Below are positions 18,591-29,303 of a stretch of 64,000 nt of DNA, one piece after another; position 1 is the first letter of the stretch, and the number at the start of each line of letters is the position of its first letter. Origin of the DNA: Chloroflexia bacterium. GTDB taxonomy: Bacteria > Chloroflexota > Chloroflexia > Chloroheliales > Chloroheliaceae. The stretch spans positions 3,298 through 67,297 of the forward strand of contig JBBQZT010000016.1 in the NCBI GenBank assembly GCA_038207455.1, written 5' to 3'. A program made the translations under genes and the position numbers. The notes under the pieces are model-generated. The model saw only the letters and a list, made by a program, of their open reading frames with translations. It did not search any database and was not told where the DNA came from.

Positions 18591-18619
18591 TTGCTTTTTG
18601 CAGCTTAAAGCATTATAAT
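18591..18619 (+). promoter_or_regulatory. Sigma-70-like promoter, TTGCTT-17 nt-TATAAT, for rpsA
   Basis: Hexamers at 18591-18596 and 18614-18619. The leader before the rpsA ATG is about 140 nt. Confidence 0.5.
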
Positions 18620-18764
18620 ACCTCACAGGATAGACCTTCCCAATAAAAACGTACTTCGCGTTTGCAAATCCCACTCGGCAAACAAACTGCGTTTATCGAG
18701 GCAGACCACTAAAACGGCTGCTCACAGGAACGGTGCTATCTAACCATTTGGATAAGGAAGGAAT

Positions 18765-20453
18765 ATGGAAGAAAAAGTCAATACGACTCAAGAATTTGAA
18801 AATAATAGTGCTGTGGCTGTAGCCCCCGCCCCTACTGAAAACACTGAGGCAGAGAACACAATCACCAGCGAAAGTTTGCAGGATAGTCGCCCTGAAAGCG
18901 ACTTAGCGACCACCGAAAGTATCGTGACTCCGGTTAGCTCTAACGGCACTACTAATGGCGCGTCTAACCACACTGAAGGCGCGACTTTGCAAGATAACCT
19001 GACCGCCGCCCCCGAAGCTACCCCTGCGGAGGCGGCAGTAGAAGCCCAACCCGAAATTGCAGCCGAGGTGCAGGCTCAACCCGAAGCCACGCTTGAAACG
19101 CAACCGGAAGCGACCATCGAAGCGCAGCCGGAGGCAGCTACCGAAGTGCAAACTCTGGCCCAATCCGAGCCAGAAACCACCACGGAGGCCGAACCGGAAG
19201 CGGCCACCCCAGCCGAACCCGTCAAACCAACCTCGCTGATGGAACAACTTCTCAATGAGGCCAGCAGTTCGCCCAAAGCTTTGCATTATGGCGATGTGTT
19301 GGACGGAATTGTGATGCGTAAAGACCGCGACGAGATTTTGGTGGACATCGGGGCTAAGTCGGAAGGAACTGTACCGAATAAAGAACTTTCCACCCTCAAC
19401 CTGGAAGAATTGGGCGACATCAAAGTAGGCGAACAGATTTTGGTCTTTGTCATCCAGCCCGAAAATCAGGACGGTCACGCTATTCTTTCGATTGACAAAG
19501 CCAAGATGGAAAAAAGCTGGCGGCGTTTGCAGAAGCAATACGAAGCCGAGGAAATCATCGAAGCCGAGGTAACAGGCTATAATAAAGGTGGCTTGTTAGT
19601 CAATCTGGAAGGAGTACGCGGTTTCGTACCATCGTCTCAGGTTAGCGGTTTGGCAGCGGGTACAGAAGCGGCCAAGCAAAGCGAAATGACACGACTGGTC
19701 AATAGCAAACTTCCGCTCAAGATTATCGAGATAAACCGCAACCGTAACCGCTTGATTTTGAGCGAACGGCTGGCAGCCCAGGCCCAACGCGACGTTCAGA
19801 AAGACCGCTTGATGAACGAGTTGGAAAAGGGTCAGGTACGCGATGGCATTGTCACCAGTATTTGTGACTTTGGCGCGTTTGTTGATATTGGTGGAGCGGA
19901 CGGTCTGGTTCACTTGAGCGAACTAAGCTGGAGCCGGGTCAATCACCCTAACGAAGTATTGAAGGTGAACGACAAGGTTAAGGTTTATGTTTTGGAAGTC
20001 AACCCGGACGATAAAAAGGTGGCTCTCAGTATTAAACGTACCCAGCCCGAACCCTGGAGTCAGGTGATGGCGAACTATCAGCCGGGTCAACTGGTGGAAG
20101 GCACAATTACCCAACTGGCGAATTTTGGGGCATTTGCTCGTATTGCCAACGGTATTGAAGGTTTGATCCACGTCAGCGAACTGGCCGAAGGGCGTGTCCA
20201 GCATCCGCGCAGTGTAGTCAAAGAAGGCGATGTCGTAACCTTACGTATCATTCGGATTGACCCACAGCGCAAACGCATGGGCTTGAGTCTGAAACGAGCC
20301 GTCGAAGGTTACGAAGGTAGCCTGGCCGATCTGCCAGAAGATGACGATTACACCAGCGGTGGAGGTAGTGGCGGAGGTAGTCGCTCGCGCCGTCGGCGTG
20401 ACGAAAACGGTGAAGGCGGAGAGGGTGGCGGCGTAGCAGTCGCAGAAGAATAA
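18765..20453 (+). CDS. rpsA: 30S ribosomal protein S1 with a long N-terminal low-complexity extension
   Basis: Four S1 OB domains (..GDVLDGIVMR.., ..AEVTGYNKGGLLVNLEGVRGFVPSSQ.., ..GIVTSICDFGAFVDIGGADGLVHLSE.., ..GTITQLANFGAFARI..GLIHVSE..) preceded by about 170 aa rich in E/A/P/T/Q. Confidence 0.9.
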   Translation: MEEKVNTTQEFENNSAVAVAPAPTENTEAENTITSESLQDSRPESDLATTESIVTPVSSNGTTNGASNHTEGATLQDNLTAAPEATPAEAAVEAQPEIAAEVQAQPEATLETQPEATIEAQPEAATEVQTLAQSEPETTTEAEPEAATPAEPVKPTSLMEQLLNEASSSPKALHYGDVLDGIVMRKDRDEILVDIGAKSEGTVPNKELSTLNLEELGDIKVGEQILVFVIQPENQDGHAILSIDKAKMEKSWRRLQKQYEAEEIIEAEVTGYNKGGLLVNLEGVRGFVPSSQVSGLAAGTEAAKQSEMTRLVNSKLPLKIIEINRNRNRLILSERLAAQAQRDVQKDRLMNELEKGQVRDGIVTSICDFGAFVDIGGADGLVHLSELSWSRVNHPNEVLKVNDKVKVYVLEVNPDDKKVALSIKRTQPEPWSQVMANYQPGQLVEGTITQLANFGAFARIANGIEGLIHVSELAEGRVQHPRSVVKEGDVVTLRIIRIDPQRKRMGLSLKRAVEGYEGSLADLPEDDDYTSGGGSGGGSRSRRRRDENGEGGEGGGVAVAEE

Positions 20454-20924
20454 CCAGCCGATTACTGTTTAACTGTTAATATTCAAATGGTTGCCAAAAG
20501 AGATGGCAGATTGCTTTTTCCAAACCTCTTGACTACAAGAGGCTGGCTGGAACAGTAGTCCGCCATCTTTGGCTATCGGGAAAATTCATCACAACGCAAG
20601 CAGATACATATACTTCGCTAACACAACGTACCGCGAATCTGGTTTACATCTATGGTAAAATAGCAGAAAGGATTGAGTGTCGCTTACTTATCGGTCATCG
20701 GGCATCCCTGCCAGCACCTTAACACCTCTTAATAACCGTGTTTTCAGCTAATTAAGAACTTATTAATATTTATAATGGCAGCTATATAGTAAACTAGGGG
20801 TTAATCATCAAAACAGCCTGGAGCGGCTGACCGCAAACCGGGAGTTCGAGCTTACGAATAAACCAAGAAAATCTTGATTTCAGGCGCGGTAAAAAGCTCT
20901 TTTAGTTCTAGTGGGAGATAATAT

Positions 20925-23444
20925 ATGTCTGATAGGTTTGAGAAATTTACCGAACGAGCGCGTAAGGTGCTTACCTTAGCTCAGGAGGAAGCCCAGCGTT
21001 TCAACCACAACTATATTGGCACCGAACACTTGCTGTTAGGTCTGGTGCGCGAAGGTGATGGTGTGGCGGCGCGGGTTTTGAATAATTTAGGCGTTGAATT
21101 ACATAAAGTACGTAGTGCCGTCGAATTTATCATCGGACGAGGAGACCGCGCTCCTATTGGTGAAATCGGCCTGACCCCACGTGCCAAAAAGGTAATTGAG
21201 TTGGCCGTAGATGAGGCGCGTCGTCTCAACCACCACTACATCGGCACCGAGCATTTACTGCTGGGTCTGGTACGCGAAGGCGAAGGTATCGCTGCTGGGG
21301 TACTAGAAAGCCTGGGTGTCAGCCTGGAAAAAGTGCGTCAGCAGGTAATCCAGGTTTTGAACCAAAGCACTTACAGCAGTCAGCAAAAGACTTCCAGTGC
21401 CACGCCGTTTGTAGATGCGATGGGCGTAGATATGACCGAACAAGCCCGCCAGGACAAACTTGACCCGGTGATTGGCCGCAAAAAAGAAATCGAGCGCGTG
21501 ATTCAGATTTTGTCGCGCCGTACCAAAAATAACCCGGCTCTGATTGGCGAACCAGGCGTAGGAAAAACGGCTATCGTCGAAGGGCTGGCCCAACGCATTA
21601 TCGCAGGCGAAGTGCCGGAAAATCTACTCAACAAACGCTTGCTAATGCTGGACATTGGCGCGTTAGTGGCTGGTACGAAATATCGCGGCGAGTTTGAAGA
21701 ACGGCTCAAAAAAGTAGTGGCCGAAGTCAAGAACACCGGAGCAATCCTCTTTATTGACGAGTTGCACACTTTGGTGGGCGCGGGCGCGGCGGAGGGTGCG
21801 GTTGATGCAGCCAACATCCTTAAACCGGCTTTGGCACGGGGCGAGTTGCAAACGATTGGCGCAACTACGCTCGATGAGTACCGCAAGTATATTGAGCGAG
21901 ACGCGGCCCTGGAACGCCGTTTCCAGCCTGTACAGGTTGATGAGCCGAGCGTCGAAGATACCATTTCGATTTTGCGGGGTATCAAGAGCCGCTACGAGGA
22001 GCATCATCACCTGACCATTACGGACGAAGCAGTAAAGGCGGCGGCAGAACTGGCAGCCCGTTATGTGACTGACCGTTTCTTGCCCGACAAAGCGATTGAC
22101 TTGATTGACGAAGCTGGTAGCCGCGTGCGGATGCATCGCAGCAGCAGCCCACCCACTCTAAAAGAAGCTTTGCGCGGTCTGGATAGTATCCGCAAGGAAA
22201 AAGAGGGTGCGATTGCGGCCCAACAATTTGAACTGGCTGCGGATTTGCGTGACCGCGAAGACCGTTTGCGCGAACGCATCACCGAGATGGAAAAGAAATG
22301 GGAGACCAGTCAGGACGAGGGCGAGAAACCTTATGTGACCGAGGAAGACATCGCCGAAATCGTTTCGATGTGGACTGGTATCCCGCTTATGCGTATCGCG
22401 GGCGAGGAAAGCGAACGTCTGCTGCATATGCGTGACGAGCTACACAAACGCATTGTGGGTCAGGAAGAAGCGATTGACCGGGTGACGAAGGCGGTACAAC
22501 GCGGACGGGCTGGTATCAAAGACCCCAAACGCCCGATTGGTTCGTTTATGTTCCTGGGGCCGACAGGCGTAGGCAAGACCGAGTTGGCGAAGGCGTTGGC
22601 GGAGTTTATGTTCGGTAGCGAAGCCTCGCTTATCAAGATTGATATGAGCGAGTTTATGGAACGCCACAACGTCAGCCGTTTGGTTGGTGCGCCTCCCGGA
22701 TACGTGGGTTACGAAGAAGGCGGCCAGTTGACCGAGGCGGTGCGGCGCAAGTCGTATAGCGTTGTTTTGCTGGACGAAATCGAGAAGGCCCACCCCGAAG
22801 CCTTTAATATGTTGTTGCAAATCCTGGAAGACGGTTATCTATCCGATGGCAAGGGTCGCCGTGTGGACTTCCGCAACACCATCATTATTATGACCTCAAA
22901 CGTGGGTGCGGAGTTTATCAACCGGGGTCAGATGGGGCCGGGCTTCAACCCCAGCCGCAACAAGGAAGACGAAGCCAAAAACAGCTTCGACCAGATGCAG
23001 GCAAAGGTGCGGGACGAACTCAAGCGAATGTTCCGACCAGAGTTCTTGAACCGGGTAGATGATATTATCGTCTTCCATCAGCTAAGTACCCAGGAGATTC
23101 GGCAGATTGTGAACCTGCTGCTGCGTCGGGTACAGTTGCAGTTGGTAGAGCAGGAGATTACCCTGGAAATAACCGAGGCGGCGATGGACTTAATTGCCAA
23201 GAAGGGTTACGACAAGCAATACGGAGCGCGTCCGTTGCGCCGGGTAATCCAGAACGAAATCGAGGACAAACTGGCTGAGGGTTTGCTAGACAGTACCTTC
23301 CTGCCGCAAAGCATGGTAGTAGTGACGGCGGACGGCGATAACTTCGTCTTCACCAGCACTATGCGCGATGCAGTCCCACTACTGCCAGATGGACACGAAG
23401 AGGTAGTGGCTCTACCTTCCCCTGCCGGAGCCGACGCAAGCTAA
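20925..23444 (+). CDS. clpC: ATP-dependent Clp protease ATP-binding subunit ClpC
   Basis: Duplicated Clp_N repeat ([15 protein letters not shown] twice) and two AAA+ modules with Walker A GEPGVGKT and GPTGVGKT. 839 aa. Confidence 0.95.
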   Translation: MSDRFEKFTERARKVLTLAQEEAQRFNHNYIGTEHLLLGLVREGDGVAARVLNNLGVELHKVRSAVEFIIGRGDRAPIGEIGLTPRAKKVIELAVDEARRLNHHYIGTEHLLLGLVREGEGIAAGVLESLGVSLEKVRQQVIQVLNQSTYSSQQKTSSATPFVDAMGVDMTEQARQDKLDPVIGRKKEIERVIQILSRRTKNNPALIGEPGVGKTAIVEGLAQRIIAGEVPENLLNKRLLMLDIGALVAGTKYRGEFEERLKKVVAEVKNTGAILFIDELHTLVGAGAAEGAVDAANILKPALARGELQTIGATTLDEYRKYIERDAALERRFQPVQVDEPSVEDTISILRGIKSRYEEHHHLTITDEAVKAAAELAARYVTDRFLPDKAIDLIDEAGSRVRMHRSSSPPTLKEALRGLDSIRKEKEGAIAAQQFELAADLRDREDRLRERITEMEKKWETSQDEGEKPYVTEEDIAEIVSMWTGIPLMRIAGEESERLLHMRDELHKRIVGQEEAIDRVTKAVQRGRAGIKDPKRPIGSFMFLGPTGVGKTELAKALAEFMFGSEASLIKIDMSEFMERHNVSRLVGAPPGYVGYEEGGQLTEAVRRKSYSVVLLDEIEKAHPEAFNMLLQILEDGYLSDGKGRRVDFRNTIIIMTSNVGAEFINRGQMGPGFNPSRNKEDEAKNSFDQMQAKVRDELKRMFRPEFLNRVDDIIVFHQLSTQEIRQIVNLLLRRVQLQLVEQEITLEITEAAMDLIAKKGYDKQYGARPLRRVIQNEIEDKLAEGLLDSTFLPQSMVVVTADGDNFVFTSTMRDAVPLLPDGHEEVVALPSPAGADAS

Positions 23445-23474
23445 TTTTCTGCCAGGCATCTACAATTTTCGGGA

Positions 23475-23507
23475 ATAAAAAGAGGCGGCCTTTGCGGGTC
23501 GCCTTTT
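23475..23507. terminator. Bidirectional intrinsic terminator module (ATAAAAAGAGGCGGCCTTTGCGGGTCGCCTTTT)
   Basis: A GC stem with an A-run before and a T-run after it, lying between the convergent clpC (+) and 23631-24950 (-) genes. The same 33-nt module recurs at 58188 and 59420. Confidence 0.75.
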
Positions 23508-23630
23508 TCGTTACCTATTTACACAGGAAGTTTGCCTATAACCCTCCTAAAATCTTGCCAAGAAATTTAGGAATCCAATTCGTCAAAAACACAAAGACAA
23601 AGCCTAACAGCGCAACGTTAGCGTTTATCA

Positions 23631-24950
23631 TCAGACACAATGTTCAGATACTTTGCCGCGAGTGGTACATTCACAAAACGCCAGGTCGTGGTCAATACGG
23701 CTGGGCAGCACAACCCTTTTGAAATAACGCAAGGCGTTTTGGCGGTTAGCCAACTCCTGGCTCAATTCCCGTTCCTCTTTGTTTTTAGTGCTGGATACAG
23801 TCTGTAGATACTGGTCGTACTCACGCTGCATATTGGCTGGATGTTGCTGGTTTAGCTGGTTTAGGTTGCCCTGGTAATGCGCGTGGCGACGATTGATGGC
23901 ATCAGCATTTAACAGCACCACCGCTAAAGGTCCGGTTACACCAGCAACCAGGAGCGATAGCGGAAAGACTACAATTTGTAAAACAATATTAGACCCAGCG
24001 AAAATTGAAACAAATACTATCAAGACTACCAGTTCAATTACGGTAGCAATGCCCACTTGTTTCCAGGTAGCAGGAATTTTCAGCTTGGTTAAAGCTGGCC
24101 CTATACCACAGATCAGTAATAATAACCAGGCAATACTACCTCCACCACTGGTTAAAGCCGACAACAACGCTATCACTGCCCAACTAGCTACCCCCACGAT
24201 AATTGGCAAACGTAGCAGGTTGAAAAACTGTTTGATGTCCCCGATACTGCTAATCTTGCCAGTAGTAGCCATATTTGTTTGTAATTGATGACTGGCTTGG
24301 GTATAACCGACTTCCATTTGGGCCACCCGGCTTTCGTACTGGCTTTTAGCTTGTTCAGCAAGGGTGACAAATCGGACTTCGCTCTCGCTCCTAAGTCTGT
24401 TTAGTTCTTGGGGAGTAGCAAGGTGTTCAAGTCTCTCAAAACAACGTTGGCGGTCAATACATTCGAGACAATCGCTACCTTTTAACTTGACCGCGTTGCA
24501 TTTTGAGCATAACTCACCGTTTTTACTCTCAAGTTCCAGGAAGAAAATGGCTCCTAACGCCGCTTGTCCACAATTACAGGTTCTGATGATGGTGTTAGTG
24601 CCGTTGATTTTGCCACAATTAGGACATTTCCATTCCCGTTGTAACTTATCCTGCTCGGCTTTAGTTCGCTTTTGCAAGTTAAGAGACTCTCCAGCGATAG
24701 CAGTCTGCTTCTCTGTAGCCCATCTTGTGGCGCGGGCTTCGCTTAAACTGCCTAAGGACGCGGCTGCCGTTACCTGGTTATAGAAAGCTGATCGTTCGTT
24801 GACTTCCACCGAGCGTGCATTAGCAAAGGCCGATTGTTCATCGGCGACTGCTGACCTGTGTGCTGACCGAGCGACTGTAGCGGAAGAAGCAGCCACACTT
24901 TCCGCAGCCTGTTCCACTCTCCTACGATGTTCTTGCCAATTATCACTCAT
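23631..24950 (-). CDS. Membrane protein with two zinc-ribbon motifs and coiled-coil segments, unknown function
   Basis: CPNCGK-x14-CNCG and CSKC-x9-CLEC motifs, 4-5 hydrophobic helices in the middle, and a start 27 nt after the kinase stop on the same strand. Confidence 0.6.
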   Translation of the reverse strand: MSDNWQEHRRRVEQAAESVAASSATVARSAHRSAVADEQSAFANARSVEVNERSAFYNQVTAAASLGSLSEARATRWATEKQTAIAGESLNLQKRTKAEQDKLQREWKCPNCGKINGTNTIIRTCNCGQAALGAIFFLELESKNGELCSKCNAVKLKGSDCLECIDRQRCFERLEHLATPQELNRLRSESEVRFVTLAEQAKSQYESRVAQMEVGYTQASHQLQTNMATTGKISSIGDIKQFFNLLRLPIIVGVASWAVIALLSALTSGGGSIAWLLLLICGIGPALTKLKIPATWKQVGIATVIELVVLIVFVSIFAGSNIVLQIVVFPLSLLVAGVTGPLAVVLLNADAINRRHAHYQGNLNQLNQQHPANMQREYDQYLQTVSSTKNKEERELSQELANRQNALRYFKRVVLPSRIDHDLAFCECTTRGKVSEHCV

Positions 24951-24977
24951 AATATTTCTCCTGTAACTAAATTAGGT

Positions 24978-27900
24978 TTAAAGTTTTGTGACCTTCACCA
25001 AATTGATACGAGCTGCGGCAGGGTTACGGTCAGTAGTGCGTATTTCGATACCAATATAACCTGTAGGCGGAATTTTGTCCTGGTTGCTTTGGTCAGCAGT
25101 AAAAGAAGCAATCATGGTATCGCCATCAAAAGCCGTGACAGAACTGCCCTGCACTATAATTTTCAAATTGATTAGGTTATTAGCTCCGTTCCATTTGACC
25201 GTTTCTCTATTAAGAGGTATAGATTGTCCATTCTTTATACTGACCCACTGGACGTAATTAGCAGTCAAATATAATTTGAGTGTGTTTTGGGAGTTTTGAG
25301 TGCGTACTGCTACCGATATATTCCCATTATCTTGATAATTCACAGTCTCAGGTAAATTGGTAATTTTGGCTTCTACCATATAATCTTTCCAATCGAGGCT
25401 ACCTACGTAAGTAGCCCCCTTTTGACCGCTAAACAAAGTATAGTTTCCGTTATCTACTGACCAACTGCCGCCAACCGAAACATCTGGTTTCCAATCGGCT
25501 TTTGGCCCATTTATGAAATCGTCCTGGAAAAGAATATTGGCAGGTAGGGTGTCAGTATGGTTATTAGCTGAAGCTTGAGCCATAGCCGCCATTTTAGTGA
25601 CCTTGACCAACGAGAAATGTGGAGCAATATCGTTTTTGTCAGTGAGCCTGGTTTGTAGCCCAATATATCCAGCCGTCGGGATTTTATCTTTATTAAGTTG
25701 GTCAGCAGTAAAGGAAGCCAACGGGTTATCACTGTCGTAAGCAGTGACAGTGTTACCCTGGACTACTATCCGTAGATTGATAGTATTGTTGGAACTATGC
25801 CAGCCTATTAAGTCACGGTTAAGGGCGGTGGGCTGTCCATTTTTTACGCTAAACCATTGCACATAATTAGCGGTCAGATACAAACTAAGTTTATTTTGAG
25901 GGTCTTGAGTACGCACCGACACCCAAATATTGCCATTATCCTGGTAATTTACAGTGCTGGGCAGATTGGTAACTTGAGTTTCCAAACTGTAATCTGTCCA
26001 ATCAGAACTACCGATATAGGTGAAACCTTGCTTACCGTAAAATAAACTATAACCCGCACCATCTACGCTCCAACCACCGTTTCCGACGGTTGTATCAGGT
26101 TTCCAGGCAGAATTAGCCCCATTCTTAAAATTATCTTGAAACAAAACCCCCGTTGCAGAATAAGATAAGGGTGGGTCAGACACAGCAGGTTGAACAGGTG
26201 GCAAAAGTTTGGTGATCTTTACATTTGAAAAACGCGGTACTCCACCTGTTTTAGTGGAGCGAATACTTAATCCAACGTAACCTGCTGCCGGGATTTTGTC
26301 TTTGTTAGCTGCGTCAACTATAACGCTGGTGATAAGATTAGGGCCATTATAAGCGGCAATTGAATTACCTTGCACCACTATTTTCAGGTTGATACTGCTA
26401 TTGTTAGACTGCCAACCTTGCGCTTGACGGTTAAGCCCCAATGTTTGGCCGTTACGTTCCGAAAGCCACTGTACATTATTAGCAGTCAGGTACAATTTGA
26501 GCGTGTTTTGAGGGTCTTGAGTACGCACTAACACCCATAAGTTGCCGTTATCCTGGTAGTTTACCGACGTGGGTAAATTGGTAATTTTCATTTCGATGGT
26601 GTAGTCTACCCAATCAGGGCTACCCACGTAAGCACTCCCTTTATCACCACTAAACAAAGTGTAAGCCCCATTATCTACCGACCAGCTACCATTGCCAATA
26701 GTAGTATCGGGCTTCCAATCGGGCTTGCTACTATTCAGAAAATCGTCCTGAAACAAAACGTCGCCAGTTTTAAGGGTCGCTACCCCTGCGGTGGCGTTCA
26801 GGCTGCTACCATTCGCTGCTGTCGCAGCTGCAATGGCCGTAACTGTAAAAGAGTTGCCGATAGGCAGCTGACTGCTGGTAGAGGGACTGGGAACAGTCGT
26901 GTATACTGTTTTGTCCCGAAAAAACGAATTCAAGATTGGTATTACAACGAAAAGCACGATGATACCGCCTATAATCCAGGGTAAGGTAAAACGCGGTCTG
27001 ATGTTGGTGAGACCACCAGAAGGACGGTTAGACCGTCCAGGCTTAAAATTGGGCGGAGGTACAACGTAACGCGAGTAATCTACGTTAGACGAGGATGGTG
27101 TTACGTTGATCGGATTAGCAGGTCTGGTATTAGAAATCGGCGGTGTGGAACGATTAGGGTTGATAAATTCCGTTTGTACAAATTGCGCCTGCGATGGTGG
27201 GACTACTACCGTAGCTGCAATAGCGGGGCTATTAGAATTATTACCTGCTAAAGCTAAATTAAAAGCTTTAGCAAAATCTGTAGGTGTCTTAAAACGTTTT
27301 TGCGGGTCTTTTTCCAATGCGCGTGCTATGACCTGTTGCAATGTAGCTGGCACTGCTATCCCATTGCGGTCTTTGATTGGGTTGGGTACTTTGGCACTCT
27401 TAACTGCTTGATATAAATCGCCTACATTTGTAGCATCAAATAAAGGTTTGCCTGTAATCAATTTAAGCGTAATCACTCCCAAAGCCCAAATATCGGCTTG
27501 AGGGCCAACTTTGCCAAAATTTGTAATTTGTTCGGGAGCCATATATTCGGGTGTTCCCATGCTATAGCTGCCAACCGTAAGATTATGATTATTGTTATGA
27601 GCGATGCCGAAGTCGCACAAACGCAAAGTCCCATCCTGCATAAACAAAATGTTGGCGGGTTTAAGGTCGCGGTGGATTATGCCTTTGGAGTGGGCGTAAT
27701 CCAAAACATTCGCTAACTGCTGCAACCATCCGGCAATCGCGGTTAGAGTAGGCGGGTTTTTCACCACATATTCATTTAAATTGCCTGCGGTAGCACATTC
27801 CAAAACTAGATAAGGCACTATCCCATAGTTGCCCTCATCTTCGACCTTGATAATATAGGGGTTGTCGCGCAGCTGGTTTAATATCTGTATCTCGTTCTTA

Positions 27901-28070
27901 AATCGCTTTTCAGCTTCGTTATCCAGGTGCAGGCCAAACTTGATAGCCACTAATTTATTGGACAAGGATTTATGCCTGGCTAACCAGACTTCACCGAAGC
28001 TACCTGATCCCAATTCTTTTATCAGAATGTATTTGTTCCCAATTTCCTCATCGGCTTTGAATTTAGGCAT
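24978..28070 (-). CDS. Hanks-type Ser/Thr protein kinase with a TM helix and three tandem extracellular jelly-roll (DUF1080/LamG-like) repeats
   Basis: GSGSFGEV, VAIK, HRDLKPANI, DFG and GTPEYMAPE motifs. TM helix WIIGGIIVLFVVIPIL. Three repeats of about 185 aa (approx 26206-26759, 25594-26148, 24981-25537), each starting (V/I)LFQD(D/N)F..W(K)PD..G(S/G)WSVD. Confidence 0.9.
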   Translation of the reverse strand: MPKFKADEEIGNKYILIKELGSGSFGEVWLARHKSLSNKLVAIKFGLHLDNEAEKRFKNEIQILNQLRDNPYIIKVEDEGNYGIVPYLVLECATAGNLNEYVVKNPPTLTAIAGWLQQLANVLDYAHSKGIIHRDLKPANILFMQDGTLRLCDFGIAHNNNHNLTVGSYSMGTPEYMAPEQITNFGKVGPQADIWALGVITLKLITGKPLFDATNVGDLYQAVKSAKVPNPIKDRNGIAVPATLQQVIARALEKDPQKRFKTPTDFAKAFNLALAGNNSNSPAIAATVVVPPSQAQFVQTEFINPNRSTPPISNTRPANPINVTPSSSNVDYSRYVVPPPNFKPGRSNRPSGGLTNIRPRFTLPWIIGGIIVLFVVIPILNSFFRDKTVYTTVPSPSTSSQLPIGNSFTVTAIAAATAANGSSLNATAGVATLKTGDVLFQDDFLNSSKPDWKPDTTIGNGSWSVDNGAYTLFSGDKGSAYVGSPDWVDYTIEMKITNLPTSVNYQDNGNLWVLVRTQDPQNTLKLYLTANNVQWLSERNGQTLGLNRQAQGWQSNNSSINLKIVVQGNSIAAYNGPNLITSVIVDAANKDKIPAAGYVGLSIRSTKTGGVPRFSNVKITKLLPPVQPAVSDPPLSYSATGVLFQDNFKNGANSAWKPDTTVGNGGWSVDGAGYSLFYGKQGFTYIGSSDWTDYSLETQVTNLPSTVNYQDNGNIWVSVRTQDPQNKLSLYLTANYVQWFSVKNGQPTALNRDLIGWHSSNNTINLRIVVQGNTVTAYDSDNPLASFTADQLNKDKIPTAGYIGLQTRLTDKNDIAPHFSLVKVTKMAAMAQASANNHTDTLPANILFQDDFINGPKADWKPDVSVGGSWSVDNGNYTLFSGQKGATYVGSLDWKDYMVEAKITNLPETVNYQDNGNISVAVRTQNSQNTLKLYLTANYVQWVSIKNGQSIPLNRETVKWNGANNLINLKIIVQGSSVTAFDGDTMIASFTADQSNQDKIPPTGYIGIEIRTTDRNPAAARINLVKVTKL

Positions 28071-28609
28071 ATTTTTCCTGCTTTGCTAACTGTTTCAGGT
28101 TGTGTATAGATGGAGTTCCCTGGTGCTAAATATAGCACATTTCTGGATAATTATTCACTGAAATACTAAAATAAGATGTTGCTAACCTAAAACATCGAAA
28201 TGTCTTACGCTCGTCAAGTTAAAAATAATATCACCTAAGTAGGGTTAAGCTAAATAATAAGCAGCTTTCCATCCGAATTTTAGCTCGAAAATCGTTAGTT
28301 TTTGTTAGATTGAGTTACCATAAAAGTGATTTTTGGTAGGGTTGTCTAACAAAAAGTTGATAAATACTCGTTCCAAGTCCTATAATAAATAGTCTAAAAG
28401 TGATTTGTGCATATATTATTCTTATGTTGGCGTGTGTACCCTTCACGCAGCCGAGCCTCCACTCAAGATGATAAATTTGACTAGCACAACGCCTTAGTTA
28501 CCAAAGTTTTTGATAGCTTGATTATACTACATTTAGCTACAAATAAGTCAATTGAGCCGAAGATTTGCAGAGCGGTACCTATTTGCCGCAAAACATGGTA
28601 GTATTGTAA

Positions 28610-29269
28610 CTACGCAGGTGTTGTTACGGCTTGTGAAGAAGCTGTTTGCGTGCTTTCATCTCGAATATCTATGCCCAGTTGGGTTACAAAGGTGAAACGA
28701 GTACCTTCGATTACCGGGGTTACTTCGTGGATGGTATGAGCGGGGAAGGCGACTAACAGGCCCGTTTCGCCCCTGATTTGAAAACCGTAGTCTTGCCAGC
28801 CCTCTTTTTGGATGAGGCCGTATAAGAATAAAGCTCCCCCAACGTACCCATCCCCATCGGGTGCTTCGACCTCGTTATTTTCGTTATTGAGGAAGATAAT
28901 TGTAGTAATCTCGCCTGGCCTGGTTTCGGGCAATTGGTCACGATGAGGGCGAATGAAATCTCCCGCTCGATAGCTTATAAACTTTTGAGTGTTTTGCCTT
29001 CCCAAAGATAGCTTGAAAAAGTCTTCTAATTGTGGTCGGGCCGCGTCCAACCGCTCGGTGATGAGCGTGCGAAGGGGTGCAGGGCTGTTCATGACTTTGA
29101 GTTGGCTTACCTCGTCCACCTGCCGCACCACCCCGTCATCGTCCACTGTGCCTAGCCAATCAACCGGAGCAGCTTCGGAACTGGCTACGACCTGGGCTGC
29201 CAGTTCCGGCTCTAAAAAATTAGGACGTACAAAGACTCCTAATTTGGCTAACAAATCGAAATTAGACAT
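28610..29269 (-). CDS. 2OG-Fe(II) oxygenase, prolyl-4-hydroxylase-like
   Basis: Facial triad RPHRD ... HTIHEV and 2OG-binding Arg in GTRFTFV. The start is set at ATG 29269 (MSNFDLL, GAAGG upstream) rather than the TTG at 29383. Confidence 0.8.
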   Translation of the reverse strand: MSNFDLLAKLGVFVRPNFLEPELAAQVVASSEAAPVDWLGTVDDDGVVRQVDEVSQLKVMNSPAPLRTLITERLDAARPQLEDFFKLSLGRQNTQKFISYRAGDFIRPHRDQLPETRPGEITTIIFLNNENNEVEAPDGDGYVGGALFLYGLIQKEGWQDYGFQIRGETGLLVAFPAHTIHEVTPVIEGTRFTFVTQLGIDIRDESTQTASSQAVTTPA

Positions 29270-29303
29270 GGGCGGCCTTCGCATCAAATAGCATTCGGTG
29301 CCA

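Noticed and set aside
18903-19538. 211-aa minus-strand ORF
   Set aside because: It is antisense to the repetitive 5' part of rpsA. The repeat structure keeps the frame open.
20454-20924. Heat-shock operator (CIRCE or CtsR box) or riboswitch in the 470-nt region upstream of clpC
   Set aside because: I found nested hairpins just after rpsA (20493-20573). I found no TTAGCACTC-N9-GAGTGCTAA, no tandem GGTCAAA repeats and no recognisable riboswitch core.
21503-22136. Two overlapping minus-strand ORFs of about 160 aa
   Set aside because: They are antisense to clpC, which is unambiguous.
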